From an uncultured Candidatus Rokubacteria bacterium (GTDB lineage Bacteria; Methylomirabilota; Methylomirabilia; Rokubacteriales; CSP1-6), in NCBI GenBank assembly GCA_963762145.1, contig CAVXJS010000021.1:160001-224000 (forward strand): DNA of 64,000 nucleotides, written 5' to 3'. The position numbers and the translations under genes are program-made. The notes beneath the pieces were generated by a model, which had not been told where the DNA came from, searched no databases, and worked only from the letters and a program-made list of their open reading frames with translations. Shown piece after piece: positions 44,253 through 54,728 of the stretch (the stretch's first letter is position 1; each line of letters starts with the position of its first letter).

Positions 44253-44435
44253 CCCTCATTTCGCGCACTGGAGCTACATCCGGTGTGGGATACCCGCGTT
44301 GAAGCCGCCCGGTCCTCTTCCTGGACCTCAGCCATTAAGGGGTTGCTAAAACCACGCTGGGCTAGAATGGCTTGTCGCCACTGGTGACCGGCCCCGGCCG
44401 GACATCCGTCGCGTCCGCAGGTTACCCTGGCAATC

Positions 44436-44451
44436 TGGAATGCAGGTTGCA
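44436..44451 (+). promoter_or_regulatory. Sigma54 promoter upstream of pilT
   Basis: TGGAAT-GCAGG-TTGCA (GG-N10-GC). Confidence 0.6.
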
Positions 44452-44511
44452 TGCGCCTTGAGGGGCCCTGGGGCATACACTCAGGTCTTATAGGGAGGTT
44501 CAAGGGAACCA

Positions 44512-45641
44512 ATGGCGGCCACGATGCACGACCTGCTGACTTTGATGATCGAGCGTGGGGCATCCGACCTCCACGTCACGACGGGCACCCACCCGCAGAT
44601 CCGGCTCAACGGTAAGCTCACGCCGATCAGCCAGTTCGAGCCCTTGAGCCCGACCGATACGCAGCGGCTGGCCTATAGCGTCCTCAACGAAGGCCAGAAG
44701 CAGAAGTTCGAGGAAGAGAACGAGCTGGACCTGTCGTTCGGCATCCACGGCCTCGCTCGCTTCCGGTGCAACGTCTACCGTCAGCGAGGCGCAGTGGCCT
44801 GCGCCATCCGCGTCATCCCGGTGAAGATCCGGACCTTCGACGAGCTGGGACTCCCCGCGATCGTCGAGCAGATGGCCGACCGGCCCAAGGGCCTGATCCT
44901 GGTCACCGGCCCCACCGGATCCGGAAAGTCCACGACCCTGGCCGCGATGGTGGACAAGGTCAACTCCGAGCGCTCGGAACACATCGTCACCATCGAGGAC
45001 CCGATCGAGTTCGTGCACCAGCACAAGAAGTGCATGGTGAACCAGCGCGAGGTGTTCTCGGACACCCACTCGTTCAAGAACGCACTGAAGTCGATCCTGC
45101 GGCAGGACCCCGACGTCGTGCTCGTCGGCGAGATGCGGGACCTCGAGACCATCTCGGCGGCGCTGACCATCGCGGAGACCGGCCACCTGACGCTCGGCAC
45201 GCTCCACACCAACTCCTGCGCTCAGACCATCAACCGGATCATCGACGTCTTCCCCACCAGCCAGCAGGCGCAGGTGCGCGCCCAGCTCTCCCTGGTGCTC
45301 GAAGGCGTACTCTCGCAGCAATTCGATCCCGACCGCGGATGGGCGGGGCCGGGCCATGTCGCTGGAGATCATGGTCGCCACTCCCGCGATCCGGAACCTG
45401 ATCCGCGAGGAGAAGATCCACCAGATCTATTCCGCCATGCAGGCGGGCCAGAAGTTCGGCATGCAGACCATGAACCAGTCGCTGGCCGAGCTGGTGCAGA
45501 AGCGCCGCATCAGCCGGGAAGAGGCGATGAACCGCAGCACGCTGCCCGAAGAGCTGGCGGGACTGCTCGGGACCGCGCCGGCCGCCGCCGCGGGCGCCCC
45601 CGCCGCGGTCGCGGGCGGCTCTCCGATTCGGCAGACGGTAG
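44512..45641 (+). CDS. pilT: Type IV pilus retraction ATPase (frameshift near 45325; end approximate)
   Basis: ASDLH, GPTGSGKSTT, TIEDPIE, LRQDPD, AETGHL, AIRNLIRE, GMQTM. Confidence 0.96.
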
Positions 45642-45662
45642 TCCACCGGGGAGGCTTATACG

Positions 45663-46869
45663 ATGGCTGTCTTCGTCTATCAGGGTCGCACCGCCAGTGG
45701 AAACCAGAACGGGCGAGATCGAGGCGCGCCGACCGCTCGGCGCGGTGGGAGAGCTTCGCCGCCGCGCCATTCTCGTCACCAAGATCGCGGAGAAGACGGC
45801 GCCGAAGGTGCCGTCCAAGTTCGGCGGCAAGGTCAAGGACAAGGAGATGGCGATCTTCACCCGCCAGTTCTCCACCATGATCGACGCCGGCCTTCCGCTC
45901 GTGCAATGCCTCAACATTCTCGCCGAGCAGAGCGAGTCGAAGAACGCTCCGCGAGCGTGACCGGGCAGCGTCGCCCGGTCACGTCGAGGAGGGCTCGACC
46001 CTCGCCGACGCCGCTGAGGCGCCACCCGCGGACATTCGACGACCTCTTCACCAACCTCGTCGAGGTGGGCGAGGCCGGCGGTATCCTCGACGTCGTCCTC
46101 CAGCGCCTGGCCGCCTACATCGAGAAGGCGGCGGCCCTCAAGCGCAAGGTCAAGGCCGCGATGGTCTACCCCTGCGCCATCATCGGCGTCGCGCTTCTCG
46201 TCGTCATCTTCATGCTGACCTTCGTCATCCCGACGTTCGCCCAGATGTTCAAGGATCTCGGCGCCGATCTTCCGCTGCCCACGAAGATCGTCATCGATCC
46301 TTTCGGACTTCGTGCGCAGCTACATCCTCCTGATCATCGCGGGGATGATCGGCGCGGTCATGGCCCTGCGTTCGTATTACCGAACCGAGGGCGGGCGCGC
46401 CACCATCGACGCGCTCATGCTCAAGCTACCCGTCTTCGGCACCCTCGTGCGCAAGGTCGCGGTGGCCCGCTTCACCCGGACGCTCGGCACCCTCGTCCAG
46501 TCCGGCGTGCCGATCCTGGACGGCCTGCGGATCACCGCCCGGACCGCGGGCAACAAGGTAGTGGAGAAAGCGGTGCTGCAGTGCCGGGCCGCGGTCACGG
46601 AAGGTAAGACCCTGGCCGACCCGCTGCGCACCTCCGGGGTGTTCCCGCCGATGGTGACCCAGATGATCTCGGTCGGCGAGCAGACGGGCGCCCTCGACGC
46701 GATGCTGAGCAAGATCGCCGACTTCTATGACGACGAGGTGGACACCGCGGTCAGCACGCTGACCTCGCTGCTGGAGCCGATCATGATCGTGTTCCTCGGC
46801 GTGGTGGTCGGCGGCCTCGTCGTGGCCATGTACCTGCCGATCTTCAAACTGGTCACGCTGGTCAAGTAG
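45663..46869 (+). CDS. pilC: Type IV pilus platform protein (several frameshifts)
   Basis: FTRQFSTMIDAGLP, GE.GG.LD, A.VYP, SGVPIL, GEQTGALD, MYLPIF. Confidence 0.95.
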
Positions 46870-46884
46870 TCCGAGAGCTGCTGG

Positions 46885-48529
46885 TTGCCCAAGTCGCCCG
46901 CGCTCCGTTCGTCCCTCTGGGGGCTGAACCGGGCGCGACTGCTCACGGCCGCCATCGTGCTGGCGGTCGGGGCTCTCCTCCGATTCACGGAGGCGTTCCC
47001 ATACGCCTTCAGCACGTTCGCGATGGTGGTGCTCGGGGGCGTCGCGGCCTGCCTCGTGCTCCCGCTGGCGGAGCGCCGGGGCGTGCCGCTCGAGCGGATC
47101 GCGTGGTTCCAGTTCGGCCTGGACGCGATCCTCATCACGGGTATCGTCACCGCCACCGGCGGGCCGCAATCGGTCTTCATCTCGCTCTACGTGCTCCTCG
47201 TGGTGGCCTCCTGCTTCGTGCTGTCCGGCCGGGGAGGCCTCATGGTCGCGGGAATCTGCAGTCTCCTCTATGTGCTGCCGGTCGTGGGCCGGACGATCTT
47301 GCCGATGCTGAAGATGGGCGCCCCCTCCGAGAACACCGCGCTCGAGATCTTGACCGTCTTCATGAACGCGGGGGTACTGCTCGCGGTCGCGGTGGTCACC
47401 GGAGCTCTCGCGGAGCGCTATCACGAGCTGCAGGAGCACATGGAGGATCAGCGGAAGCACCTGTCCGACCTGCAGGCCTTCCGGGACCTCATCTTCGAAT
47501 CGGTGGGATCGGGGCTCGTCGGCGTGGATCCGAGCGGCCGGGTGACCGCGTTCAACCGGGCCGCCGAATCGATCACTGGAGTGCGGGCGCAGGATGCGGT
47601 GGACCAAGGGTGGGAAACGATCTTCGGTGACGGAGTCGATCTGGCCGAGGTGAGCCGTGCCGTCTCGGACGGAAGCGAGCCCGCCCCGCGCTACGAGTTC
47701 CGCCTCCGCCGGCGCGACGGCCAGGAGGTTCCGGTCGGTATCTCGTTCTGGTCGCTTCGCTCCGGTACCGGCGACGTGGCCGGGCTCATCGGCGTCTGCC
47801 AGGATCTCTCCAGCATCAAGCAGATGGAGCAGCGCATGCGCCAGGCGGATCGGCTGGCCGCGGTCGGGCGCCTCTCGGCCAACATGGCGCACGAGATCCG
47901 GAACCCGCTGGCGTCGATCTCGGGAGCGGTTGAGGCCCTCGCCCAGCGATCTGCCCCCCGACAGCACCCGGAGCCAGCTCGTCGAGATCGTGCTCCGGGA
48001 GTCGGCGCGGCTCAACCAGATCGTCGGGGACTTCCTCGAGTACGCGCGCCCGGCCCCGATGGCCGCGATCGAGATCAACATGGCCGAGATCTTCGACGAG
48101 GTGCTGCTCCTCATCGAGCACCGGACGCTGCCCGCCAACCTGAAGGTCTCCCGAGAGTACGGCGAGTCGCTGCCGACGCGGGCCGATCCCCAGCGACTAC
48201 GGCAGGCGGTATGGAATCTTTGCCTCAACGCGGTTCAGGCGATGCCCGACGGCGGTGAGCTCCGGGTCGGAGCGCAGTCGCTCCGCGAGCGCGGAGGGCG
48301 CCTCCAGATCTCGATCACCGACACCGGCCAGGGAATCGCGGAGACCGACCTGCCGCACATATTCGAGCCATTCTTCTCGACGAAGCCGGAGGGCAGCGGA
48401 ATCGGCCTGGCTCTCGTCTATCGGGTCGTCGAAGAACATGGGGGCTCGATCGAGGTGCGGAGCCGCGTGGGCGAGGGCACCACCTTCGTCCTCACGCTGC
48501 CCGCTCCGGAAGGGGCTGCCCGCAGATGA
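46885..48529 (+). CDS. pilS: Sensor histidine kinase (frameshift near 47945)
   Basis: ~6 TM segments, PAS, AHEIRNPL H-box, NA..A, DTGQGI, FEPFFSTK, GIGL. Confidence 0.9.
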
Positions 48530-48587
48530 GCCCGAACAGCATCCTGACGCGGGGGGCCGGAAGCCGGCGCCGCGAGACGAGGCGGAT

Positions 48588-49985
48588 ATGAGTGAACCAC
48601 GGGTTCTGGTGGTGGACGACGAGAAGAGCATGCGCGACCTGCTGGCCATCACGCTCCAGAAGGCGGGCTACGAGGTGACGCTCGCCGAAGGCGGGGCCGC
48701 CGCGATGGAAGCGATCCGCCGAGATCCGTTCGACGCGATCATCACCGATCTGCGCATGCCGAAGGTGGACGGGCTCCAGGTGCTGCGATGCGCGAAGGAT
48801 CTCTCCCCCGATACCGCGGTCATCATGGTGACCGCGATGGCCTCGACCGAGACCGCGGTGGAGGCGATGAAGCTCGGCGCCTACGACTACATCACCAAAC
48901 CGTTCAAGCTCGACGAAGTCAACCTCATCATCAAGAATGCCCTCGAGCGAAAGCAGCTGCGCGCCGAGAACCAGTATCTCCGGAAGCAGCTGGAGACCCA
49001 GCACCGCTTCGAGAACATCATCGGGAAGAGTGGCCGGATGGTCGAGATGTTCGACACCATCCGCAAGATCGCGGACAGCCCTTCCACGGTCATGATCACG
49101 GGGGAGAGCGGCACCGGCAAGGAGCTCGTCGCCCGCGCGATTCACTTCAACAGCCATCGTCGCGACAAGCCCTTCGTCTCCGTCAACTGCGGGGCCATCC
49201 CCGAGGGCCTGATGGAGTCCGAGCTCTTCGGGCACGTGAAGGGGGCGTTCACCGGCGCGGTGGCGAACAAGATCGGCCTCTTCAGCGCCGCCGAGGGAGG
49301 CACCCTGTTCCTCGACGAGATCACGGAGATCCCTGCCCTGCTGCAGGTGAAGCTGTTGCGGGCCATCCAGGTGCGCGAGATCCGGCGGGTCGGTGACACG
49401 CGGGACGTGAAGACCGACGTGCGGCTCATCGCGGCGTCCAATCGCGATCTCGAGACGGCGGTCCGGGACGGGGTGATGCGGGAGGATCTGTTCTACCGCC
49501 TCAACGTGCTCCCCATCCATCTCCCGCCCTTGCGTGAGCGTCGCGAGGACATTCCGCTGCTCATCGCCCACTTCCTCCAGAAGTTCAGCAAGGATCTGGG
49601 CAAGGACGTGCGCGGGGTCGCCCCGGACGCGCTGTCGGTGCTGGAGCGATACCACTGGCCCGGCAACATCCGCGAGCTGGAGAACGTGCTCGAGCGCGCC
49701 GTCGTGCTCGGGGCTGGAGACATGCTGACCGCCGAAGCCCTACCCGAGTCCGTGCGCCGCGAGCGCCCGAGCCGGGGGCCCGAGCTGGTTGACATCCCCG
49801 ATGAGGGCTTGGACCTCGAGACGACCCTTGACGACCTGGAACGCCGCTATCTGCAGCGGGCCCTCGACCGCACCGGCGGCGTGCAGACCAAGGCCGCCGA
49901 GCTCCTTCGCATGACCTTCCGGCAGTTCCGCTACAAGCTACAGAAGCATAGCCTCGCGAAGCGTGGGGCGCCCGGAGACGAATGA
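48588..49985 (+). CDS. pilR: Sigma54-dependent response regulator
   Basis: Receiver domain, GESGTGKE, ESELFGH..GAFTGA, FYRLNV, WPGNIREL, HTH; upstream of pilA. Confidence 0.92.
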   Translation: MSEPRVLVVDDEKSMRDLLAITLQKAGYEVTLAEGGAAAMEAIRRDPFDAIITDLRMPKVDGLQVLRCAKDLSPDTAVIMVTAMASTETAVEAMKLGAYDYITKPFKLDEVNLIIKNALERKQLRAENQYLRKQLETQHRFENIIGKSGRMVEMFDTIRKIADSPSTVMITGESGTGKELVARAIHFNSHRRDKPFVSVNCGAIPEGLMESELFGHVKGAFTGAVANKIGLFSAAEGGTLFLDEITEIPALLQVKLLRAIQVREIRRVGDTRDVKTDVRLIAASNRDLETAVRDGVMREDLFYRLNVLPIHLPPLRERREDIPLLIAHFLQKFSKDLGKDVRGVAPDALSVLERYHWPGNIRELENVLERAVVLGAGDMLTAEALPESVRRERPSRGPELVDIPDEGLDLETTLDDLERRYLQRALDRTGGVQTKAAELLRMTFRQFRYKLQKHSLAKRGAPGDE

Positions 49986-50171
49986 CATTCCTCGTCGACG
50001 TGGTTACGCCCGTCGTCAAAGCGCAATCGGGCTGACAGCGTCGACGACGCTGGACCGTGCGCGGGGTCCAAGCCAGCTTTATACATAGATTCAGGTGGTT
50101 AGGTTCTGGCTTGGCTTTTTGCCGCCTTGTCAGGACTGTCAGACTTCTGACGGCCCCCCCCCGGAACGTCG

Positions 50172-50187
50172 TGGCACCGAAGATGCA
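50172..50187 (+). promoter_or_regulatory. Sigma54 promoter of pilA copy 1
   Basis: TGGCAC-CGAAG-ATGCA. Confidence 0.8.
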
Positions 50188-50262
50188 ATCTCCCTCTGCC
50201 AGAAGCAATTCAACTTTCCATACTCGGCCGTAAAAGGCCACTAGGGTTCAGGAGGAATTGAA

Positions 50263-50667
50263 ATGAACAGGTTCTGGAACCGGAAGCGGAAGATGCTGGG
50301 CAACCAGCGCGGCTTCACGCTCATCGAGTTGATGATCGTCGTCGCCATCATCGGTATCCTCGCTGCCATCGCCATCCCGCTGTACGCCAACGTCCAGGCG
50401 CGCGCGCGGCTGGCCAAGGCCCAGGCTGATGCCCGGGCCCTCGCGTCTGCCGTCAGCATCTACTCCGCTCACATGGGCACGCTCCCCGCGGCCCTGACCG
50501 CGCTGTCCACCGTGGTCACCAACTCGCTGGGTCAGTCGGGCGGTCCCTTCATGTCCTCGGTGCCCTCGGGTCCGGCCGGCTGGGGTACGTATGCCTACAC
50601 CGCCACGGCTTCCGGTACCTTCACCATCACCAACTCCGGTGACAGCACCAGCGTCTCGGTCCCGTAA
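50263..50667 (+). CDS. pilA: Type IV major pilin, copy 1
   Basis: AGGAGG RBS; QRG|FTLIELMIVVAIIGILAAIAIP. Confidence 0.95.
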   Translation: MNRFWNRKRKMLGNQRGFTLIELMIVVAIIGILAAIAIPLYANVQARARLAKAQADARALASAVSIYSAHMGTLPAALTALSTVVTNSLGQSGGPFMSSVPSGPAGWGTYAYTATASGTFTITNSGDSTSVSVP

Positions 50668-50697
50668 GGCCTAGGCGCAACGCAGTCCTAGCGGAAC

Positions 50698-50743
50698 CGA
50701 TCACGCGGGCGAGGCAACCCCTCCCCGCGTGATCGTCGTTTTT
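50698..50743 (+). terminator. Intrinsic terminator after pilA copy 1
   Basis: CGATCACGCGGG...CCCGCGTGATCG stem followed by TCGTTTTT. Confidence 0.75.
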
Positions 50744-50854
50744 GATGCGTCCTCGTGTCGGTGCACCAACGCTGTCCGATGCTCCGGTGATGGCCTCGCC
50801 CTCTCCTGGCTGCTCAATCAGCCGCCCGGAAGGCGCCTTCGTACGATCCCCGCG

Positions 50855-50870
50855 TGGCACACGATGTGCA
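50855..50870 (+). promoter_or_regulatory. Sigma54 promoter of pilA copy 2
   Basis: TGGCAC-ACGAT-GTGCA. Confidence 0.75.
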
Positions 50871-50936
50871 AATGGTTGCGAGTGCGCCACGGGCGCGGGA
50901 TCAACATCTCAACCGGAAACAACGGAGGCAGAGTCC

Positions 50937-51341
50937 ATGACGAAGTTCTGGCACCGGCGGCACAAGCTGCTGCGCAACCAGCGCGGCTTCACGCTCATCG
51001 AGTTGATGATCGTCGTCGCCATCATCGGTATCCTCGCTGCCATCGCCATCCCGCTGTACGCCAACGTCCAGGCGCGCGCGCGGCTGGCCAAGGCCCAGGC
51101 TGATGCCCGGGCCCTCGCGTCTGCCGTCAGCATCTACTCCGCTCACATGGGCACGCTCCCCGCGGCCCTGACCGCGCTGTCCACCGTGGTCACCAACTCG
51201 CTGGGTCAGTCGGGCGGTCCCTTCCTGTCCTCCGTGCCCTCGGGTCCGTCTGGCTGGGGTACGTATGCCTACACCGCCACCGCTTCCGGTACCTTCACCA
51301 TCACCAACTCCGGTGACAGCACCAGCGTCTCGGTCCCGTAG
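50937..51341 (+). CDS. pilA: Type IV major pilin, copy 2
   Basis: GGAGG RBS; same length (405 nt) as copy 1; mature protein differs at 2 residues. Confidence 0.95.
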   Translation: MTKFWHRRHKLLRNQRGFTLIELMIVVAIIGILAAIAIPLYANVQARARLAKAQADARALASAVSIYSAHMGTLPAALTALSTVVTNSLGQSGGPFLSSVPSGPSGWGTYAYTATASGTFTITNSGDSTSVSVP

Positions 51342-51363
51342 CGGCTCGAGCGCCGTGACCTCG

Positions 51364-51402
51364 CGGGGGAGGGAGCCGCACGCTCCCTCCCCCGCCTGTT
51401 TT
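51364..51402 (+). terminator. Intrinsic terminator after pilA copy 2
   Basis: GCGGGGGAGGGAGC-N5-GCTCCCTCCCCCGC stem followed by CTGTTTT. Confidence 0.8.
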
Positions 51403-51515
51403 CTGGGGCCGCATTTCTTCGGACGGATCCGACCAGCGGCCGCCGTTATAGTTGAGAAGCGCGTGCACAACTACCTGGGCAATCTCGGCGGTCGCGATGA
51501 GCAAGGGGCTGGGCA

Positions 51516-52298
51516 GTGCTGAGCCCGGATGCCATTGCCCTGATCTTCATCGCGCTCCTTGGCCTCTGCGTTGGCAGCTTCCTCAACGTCGTCATCGCGC
51601 GAGTCCCGGAAGGCCGGAGCATCGTCTACCCCGGCTCGGCGTGCCCACGCTGCGGGAACTCGATCCCCTGGTACGACAACCTTCCGGTGCTCTCCTATGC
51701 GCTCCTTCAGGGGCGTTGTCGAAACTGCCGGGAGCCGATCTCGTGGCGCTATCCGGCGGTGGAGCTCGCATGTAGCCTCCTGTTCGTACTGGCCTATCAG
51801 CGCTTCGAGACCGGCACGGCTCTCGCGGCGGCCCTGATCCTCCTGGCCGGCCTTCTGGCGATCACGGCGATCGACCTGGATCACCAGATCATCCCGGACG
51901 TCCTCAGCCTGCCGGGGATCGCCCTGGGCGTCCTGTTCAGCCTCGCCCCGGGGGGGATCGGATGGGCACCTTCGCTTCTTGGTGTACTGCTCGGCGGCGG
52001 CGTCTTCGTGGTGATCATCGTCGCCAGCACGCTCGTGCTCGGACAGGCAGGCATGGGTGTCGGAGACGTCAAGCTCGGGGCCATGCTCGGGGCTTTCCTC
52101 GGCTGGAAGCTCGCCCTCCTGAGCATCCTGCTCTCGACACTTCTAGGAGGCCCGATGGCAGTGGCCCTCCTGGCCACCGGCCGGAAGAGCCGGAAGGATC
52201 CCATTCCGTTTGGGCCGTTTCTGGCTCTGGGCGGGCTGATCAGCCTCTTCTGGGGTGAGGCCCTGCTGGGGTGGTACTTCGCACAGTTCCAGGGCTGA
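51516..52298 (+). CDS. pilD: Prepilin peptidase
   Basis: GSFLNV, CPRC/CRNC, ID...IIPD, GMG.GD.KL, IPFGPFL. Confidence 0.96.
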   Translation: MLSPDAIALIFIALLGLCVGSFLNVVIARVPEGRSIVYPGSACPRCGNSIPWYDNLPVLSYALLQGRCRNCREPISWRYPAVELACSLLFVLAYQRFETGTALAAALILLAGLLAITAIDLDHQIIPDVLSLPGIALGVLFSLAPGGIGWAPSLLGVLLGGGVFVVIIVASTLVLGQAGMGVGDVKLGAMLGAFLGWKLALLSILLSTLLGGPMAVALLATGRKSRKDPIPFGPFLALGGLISLFWGEALLGWYFAQFQG

Positions 52299-52582
52299 TT
52301 GCCGGTGTGACGGGCGTTGCAGGCTTGACGTCAGACCGTCGAGCGGGCTACAGCAAGCGTGGCCATCCAACGGAAATCGGCGCAGTTGGTCGGTTGGGGT
52401 GACACCCAGCGGCAGCCACATCCGGTGGTCTCTCAGGCCTTGCAGAATTCGGCGGAAGGGAGCCAGCCCTATCGATTCTCAACTAGCTGATTTGTTGAGA
52501 TATTAGTCCATCCGCCCGGACGTGGTCAGGCAGGTAGAGCGGCAGGGCTGAGAGCTGGGCTTCCGGTGGGGCGCTTCGTCTT

Positions 52583-52598
52583 TGGTCCCCTTCTTGCT
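52583..52598 (+). promoter_or_regulatory. Sigma54 promoter of the minor-pilin operon
   Basis: TGGTCC-CCTTC-TTGCT; IHF-like AATCAG-CTAG-TTG on the minus strand at ~52480-52492. Confidence 0.55.
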
Positions 52599-52614
52599 AT
52601 CTCACACCGTTGCC

Positions 52615-53121
52615 ATGCTCAGATACCTTTTGCCCAAGATGCGCGGACGGCGGTCCCAGGCCGGCTACTCGTTGATCGAGCTGGTGATCACGGTCGGCAT
52701 GATCCTGGTCGTCACGACATGGGCACTGCCCTCCTTCCTGAACTATCTCCGGAATGCCCGAGCCCAGGCCGGGGCACGGGTCGTGAGCGCGTATCTCAAC
52801 GAGGGCCGGCAGCTGGCGATCAAGTCGAACGGGCCGGTGTGCGTGGCCCATACGACGAGCACCTTGCAGTTCCGGACGACCACCTGCGGCGGAGCCGTGA
52901 TCTTCGCCCCCGGGCTCTCGGGCGCTGCGGGCAGCGTCAGGCTTCCGGACAACATCAGCCTGTCTTCGGCGGCAAGCGCGACCTTCGGGCAGCTCGGGAA
53001 CGCCACCACGGGAGCGACATACACCGTGACGGACGTCCCCAGCGGACGGACATTGAGGGTCATCGTCGCGCCCTCCGGCCGTGTCTGTCTCGCCTCCTCC
53101 ACCGCCACGGCTTGCCCCTAG
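52615..53121 (+). CDS. Minor pilin, FimT/FimU/GspH-like
   Basis: QAG|YSLIELVI..., R..AI..N..V, F..LG, V.PSGRV. Confidence 0.8.
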   Translation: MLRYLLPKMRGRRSQAGYSLIELVITVGMILVVTTWALPSFLNYLRNARAQAGARVVSAYLNEGRQLAIKSNGPVCVAHTTSTLQFRTTTCGGAVIFAPGLSGAAGSVRLPDNISLSSAASATFGQLGNATTGATYTVTDVPSGRTLRVIVAPSGRVCLASSTATACP

Positions 53122-53131
53122 GTCAGCCCGC

Positions 53132-53566
53132 GTGCGGTCGCTCCTCGCGCAGGAGCACGGCTTGACGCTCGCAGAGATTCTCCTGGCGCTCGCCGTGCTC
53201 TCCATCGGACTCGTCGCCTTGATCTCCCTGCTCCCGCTCGCCGGCTTCGGCGTCCACGAAGGCGCCCACCGGTCCGGCGCAGCCTTTCTCGCCACCCAGC
53301 GCCTCGAGCAAATTCGCCTGGCAGTCGGCTCGGGGGCGAGTGTCATCGCGTTCGCCGACGAACCGTCGCTGTCCCCGCCGCACGGCGCCTTTGGCCGGGC
53401 GGTTCGCGTCCGGGACTGCGAGGTCGCTCCCGGATGCTCGGGCATCACGGCGGCCGGCGTCCGTCAGGTCACGGTCACCGTGACCTATCCGGCACCGGCA
53501 GGGCACGGTGCGGCGTCGGCTCTTCGCGGTGCGGTCACCGTCAGCACCTACATCGGGTCTCGCTGA
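53132..53566 (+). CDS. Minor pilin, PilV-like
   Basis: EHG|LTLAEILLALAVLSIG, A..LA.QRLE, VTVTVTY. Confidence 0.78.
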   Translation: MRSLLAQEHGLTLAEILLALAVLSIGLVALISLLPLAGFGVHEGAHRSGAAFLATQRLEQIRLAVGSGASVIAFADEPSLSPPHGAFGRAVRVRDCEVAPGCSGITAAGVRQVTVTVTYPAPAGHGAASALRGAVTVSTYIGSR

Positions 53567-53567
53567 G

Positions 53568-54728
53568 ATGACCGGCCATCAGGGTGGCGCCGTCCTGCCC
53601 GTCGCGATGCTGATTCTCGTGGTGCTCTCGGCCGTGCTGCTAGGTCTGTCGTTGCTCACTGGCCAGGAGCCGCTCATCGCGAGCAACCACGTCATGATCG
53701 TCCAGGCCCAGGCGCTGGCTGAAGCCGGCCTCGAGCGGGCGCTGTGGGCGCTCAGCAATCCCGAATCCATCGACGGGATCGCCTGGTCGGGGCCGGTCGC
53801 GGCCCCCTACGACGGCAACGCCTTCCTCGGCGTGGCGACTGAATCCGGCGTGATGCTTGGCGGCTTCCGCCTCACGGTCAGCGGCGAGGGTGATCGCCAG
53901 CGGGAGGTGGCCACCACCGGTCTGGTGCCCGGCGATGCCGGACCCCTGGGTCGGGCCCGGCAGGACATCACGGCCACCCTCATCCGCCTCCGATTCCCCG
54001 CTTCGCTGGCCGGGCTCACAGTGCGAGGCGATCTCGCGATCGGTGACGGCGTCACCGTCGACGCCAGCGCGGATGGCAGCTGCGGCGATCGCGCGGGAAC
54101 GTGGTCGTCGGGCGTGACCACCGCGGGAGCCGGAGCGCAGGTCCAGGGACGGAGCGGCGATGCGGCAATTCCGAACGAGCCGATCGACATGCAGCAGGCG
54201 CGGCCGGTCGAAGCCTTCGACGCCCTCGCCTTCAGCGCCGCCGAGCTGCAGGCGATGAAGGCCGTCGCGCGGGTGCGCGGCACCTACTATCAGGGCGCCG
54301 TGACGTTCGACACCTCACGGCGGATCCCGGACGGCGTGGTCTTCGTGGATACGGCCACCGGCCAGCCCATCACCGACGCGACGCCCGCCACCGATCTCGC
54401 GGCGGTCACCGTCGGCGAGGGCGCTGCCGGACCGGGCGGATCGTTCCGAGGCTGGCTCGTCGTGAACGGGAGCCTGTCCGTCGGTGGCGACGTCACGATC
54501 CAGGGCCTGGCCTACGCGGCTGACCGCTTCAGCCAGACCGGCGCGGCCCGCGTGATGGGCGCCGCGATGGCCGGGCACGTCCGGAGCACGGCGCCGAGTC
54601 TGGTCGATTCGCGCCCCGCCGGCGATGCCGCGCTGGTGTGGAGCTGCGAGGCGGGCCGGACCGGCGGAGGTCGCATCCCGCAGCGATGGATGGTGAAGCC
54701 GGGCAGTTACCGGGAAGTCGCCGGGTAG
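53568..54728 (+). CDS. Minor pilin, PilX-like, with an extended C-terminal beta domain
   Basis: QGG|AVLPVAMLIL (no Glu5), QA.ALAEAGLERA, C-terminal SYREV. Confidence 0.75.
   Translation: MTGHQGGAVLPVAMLILVVLSAVLLGLSLLTGQEPLIASNHVMIVQAQALAEAGLERALWALSNPESIDGIAWSGPVAAPYDGNAFLGVATESGVMLGGFRLTVSGEGDRQREVATTGLVPGDAGPLGRARQDITATLIRLRFPASLAGLTVRGDLAIGDGVTVDASADGSCGDRAGTWSSGVTTAGAGAQVQGRSGDAAIPNEPIDMQQARPVEAFDALAFSAAELQAMKAVARVRGTYYQGAVTFDTSRRIPDGVVFVDTATGQPITDATPATDLAAVTVGEGAAGPGGSFRGWLVVNGSLSVGGDVTIQGLAYAADRFSQTGAARVMGAAMAGHVRSTAPSLVDSRPAGDAALVWSCEAGRTGGGRIPQRWMVKPGSYREVAG

Noticed and set aside
50263-51341. Electrically conductive (e-pilin) interpretation
   Set aside because: These are full-length pilins with only 8 F/Y/W in 117 residues and long aromatic-free gaps, and no cytochrome genes are nearby.
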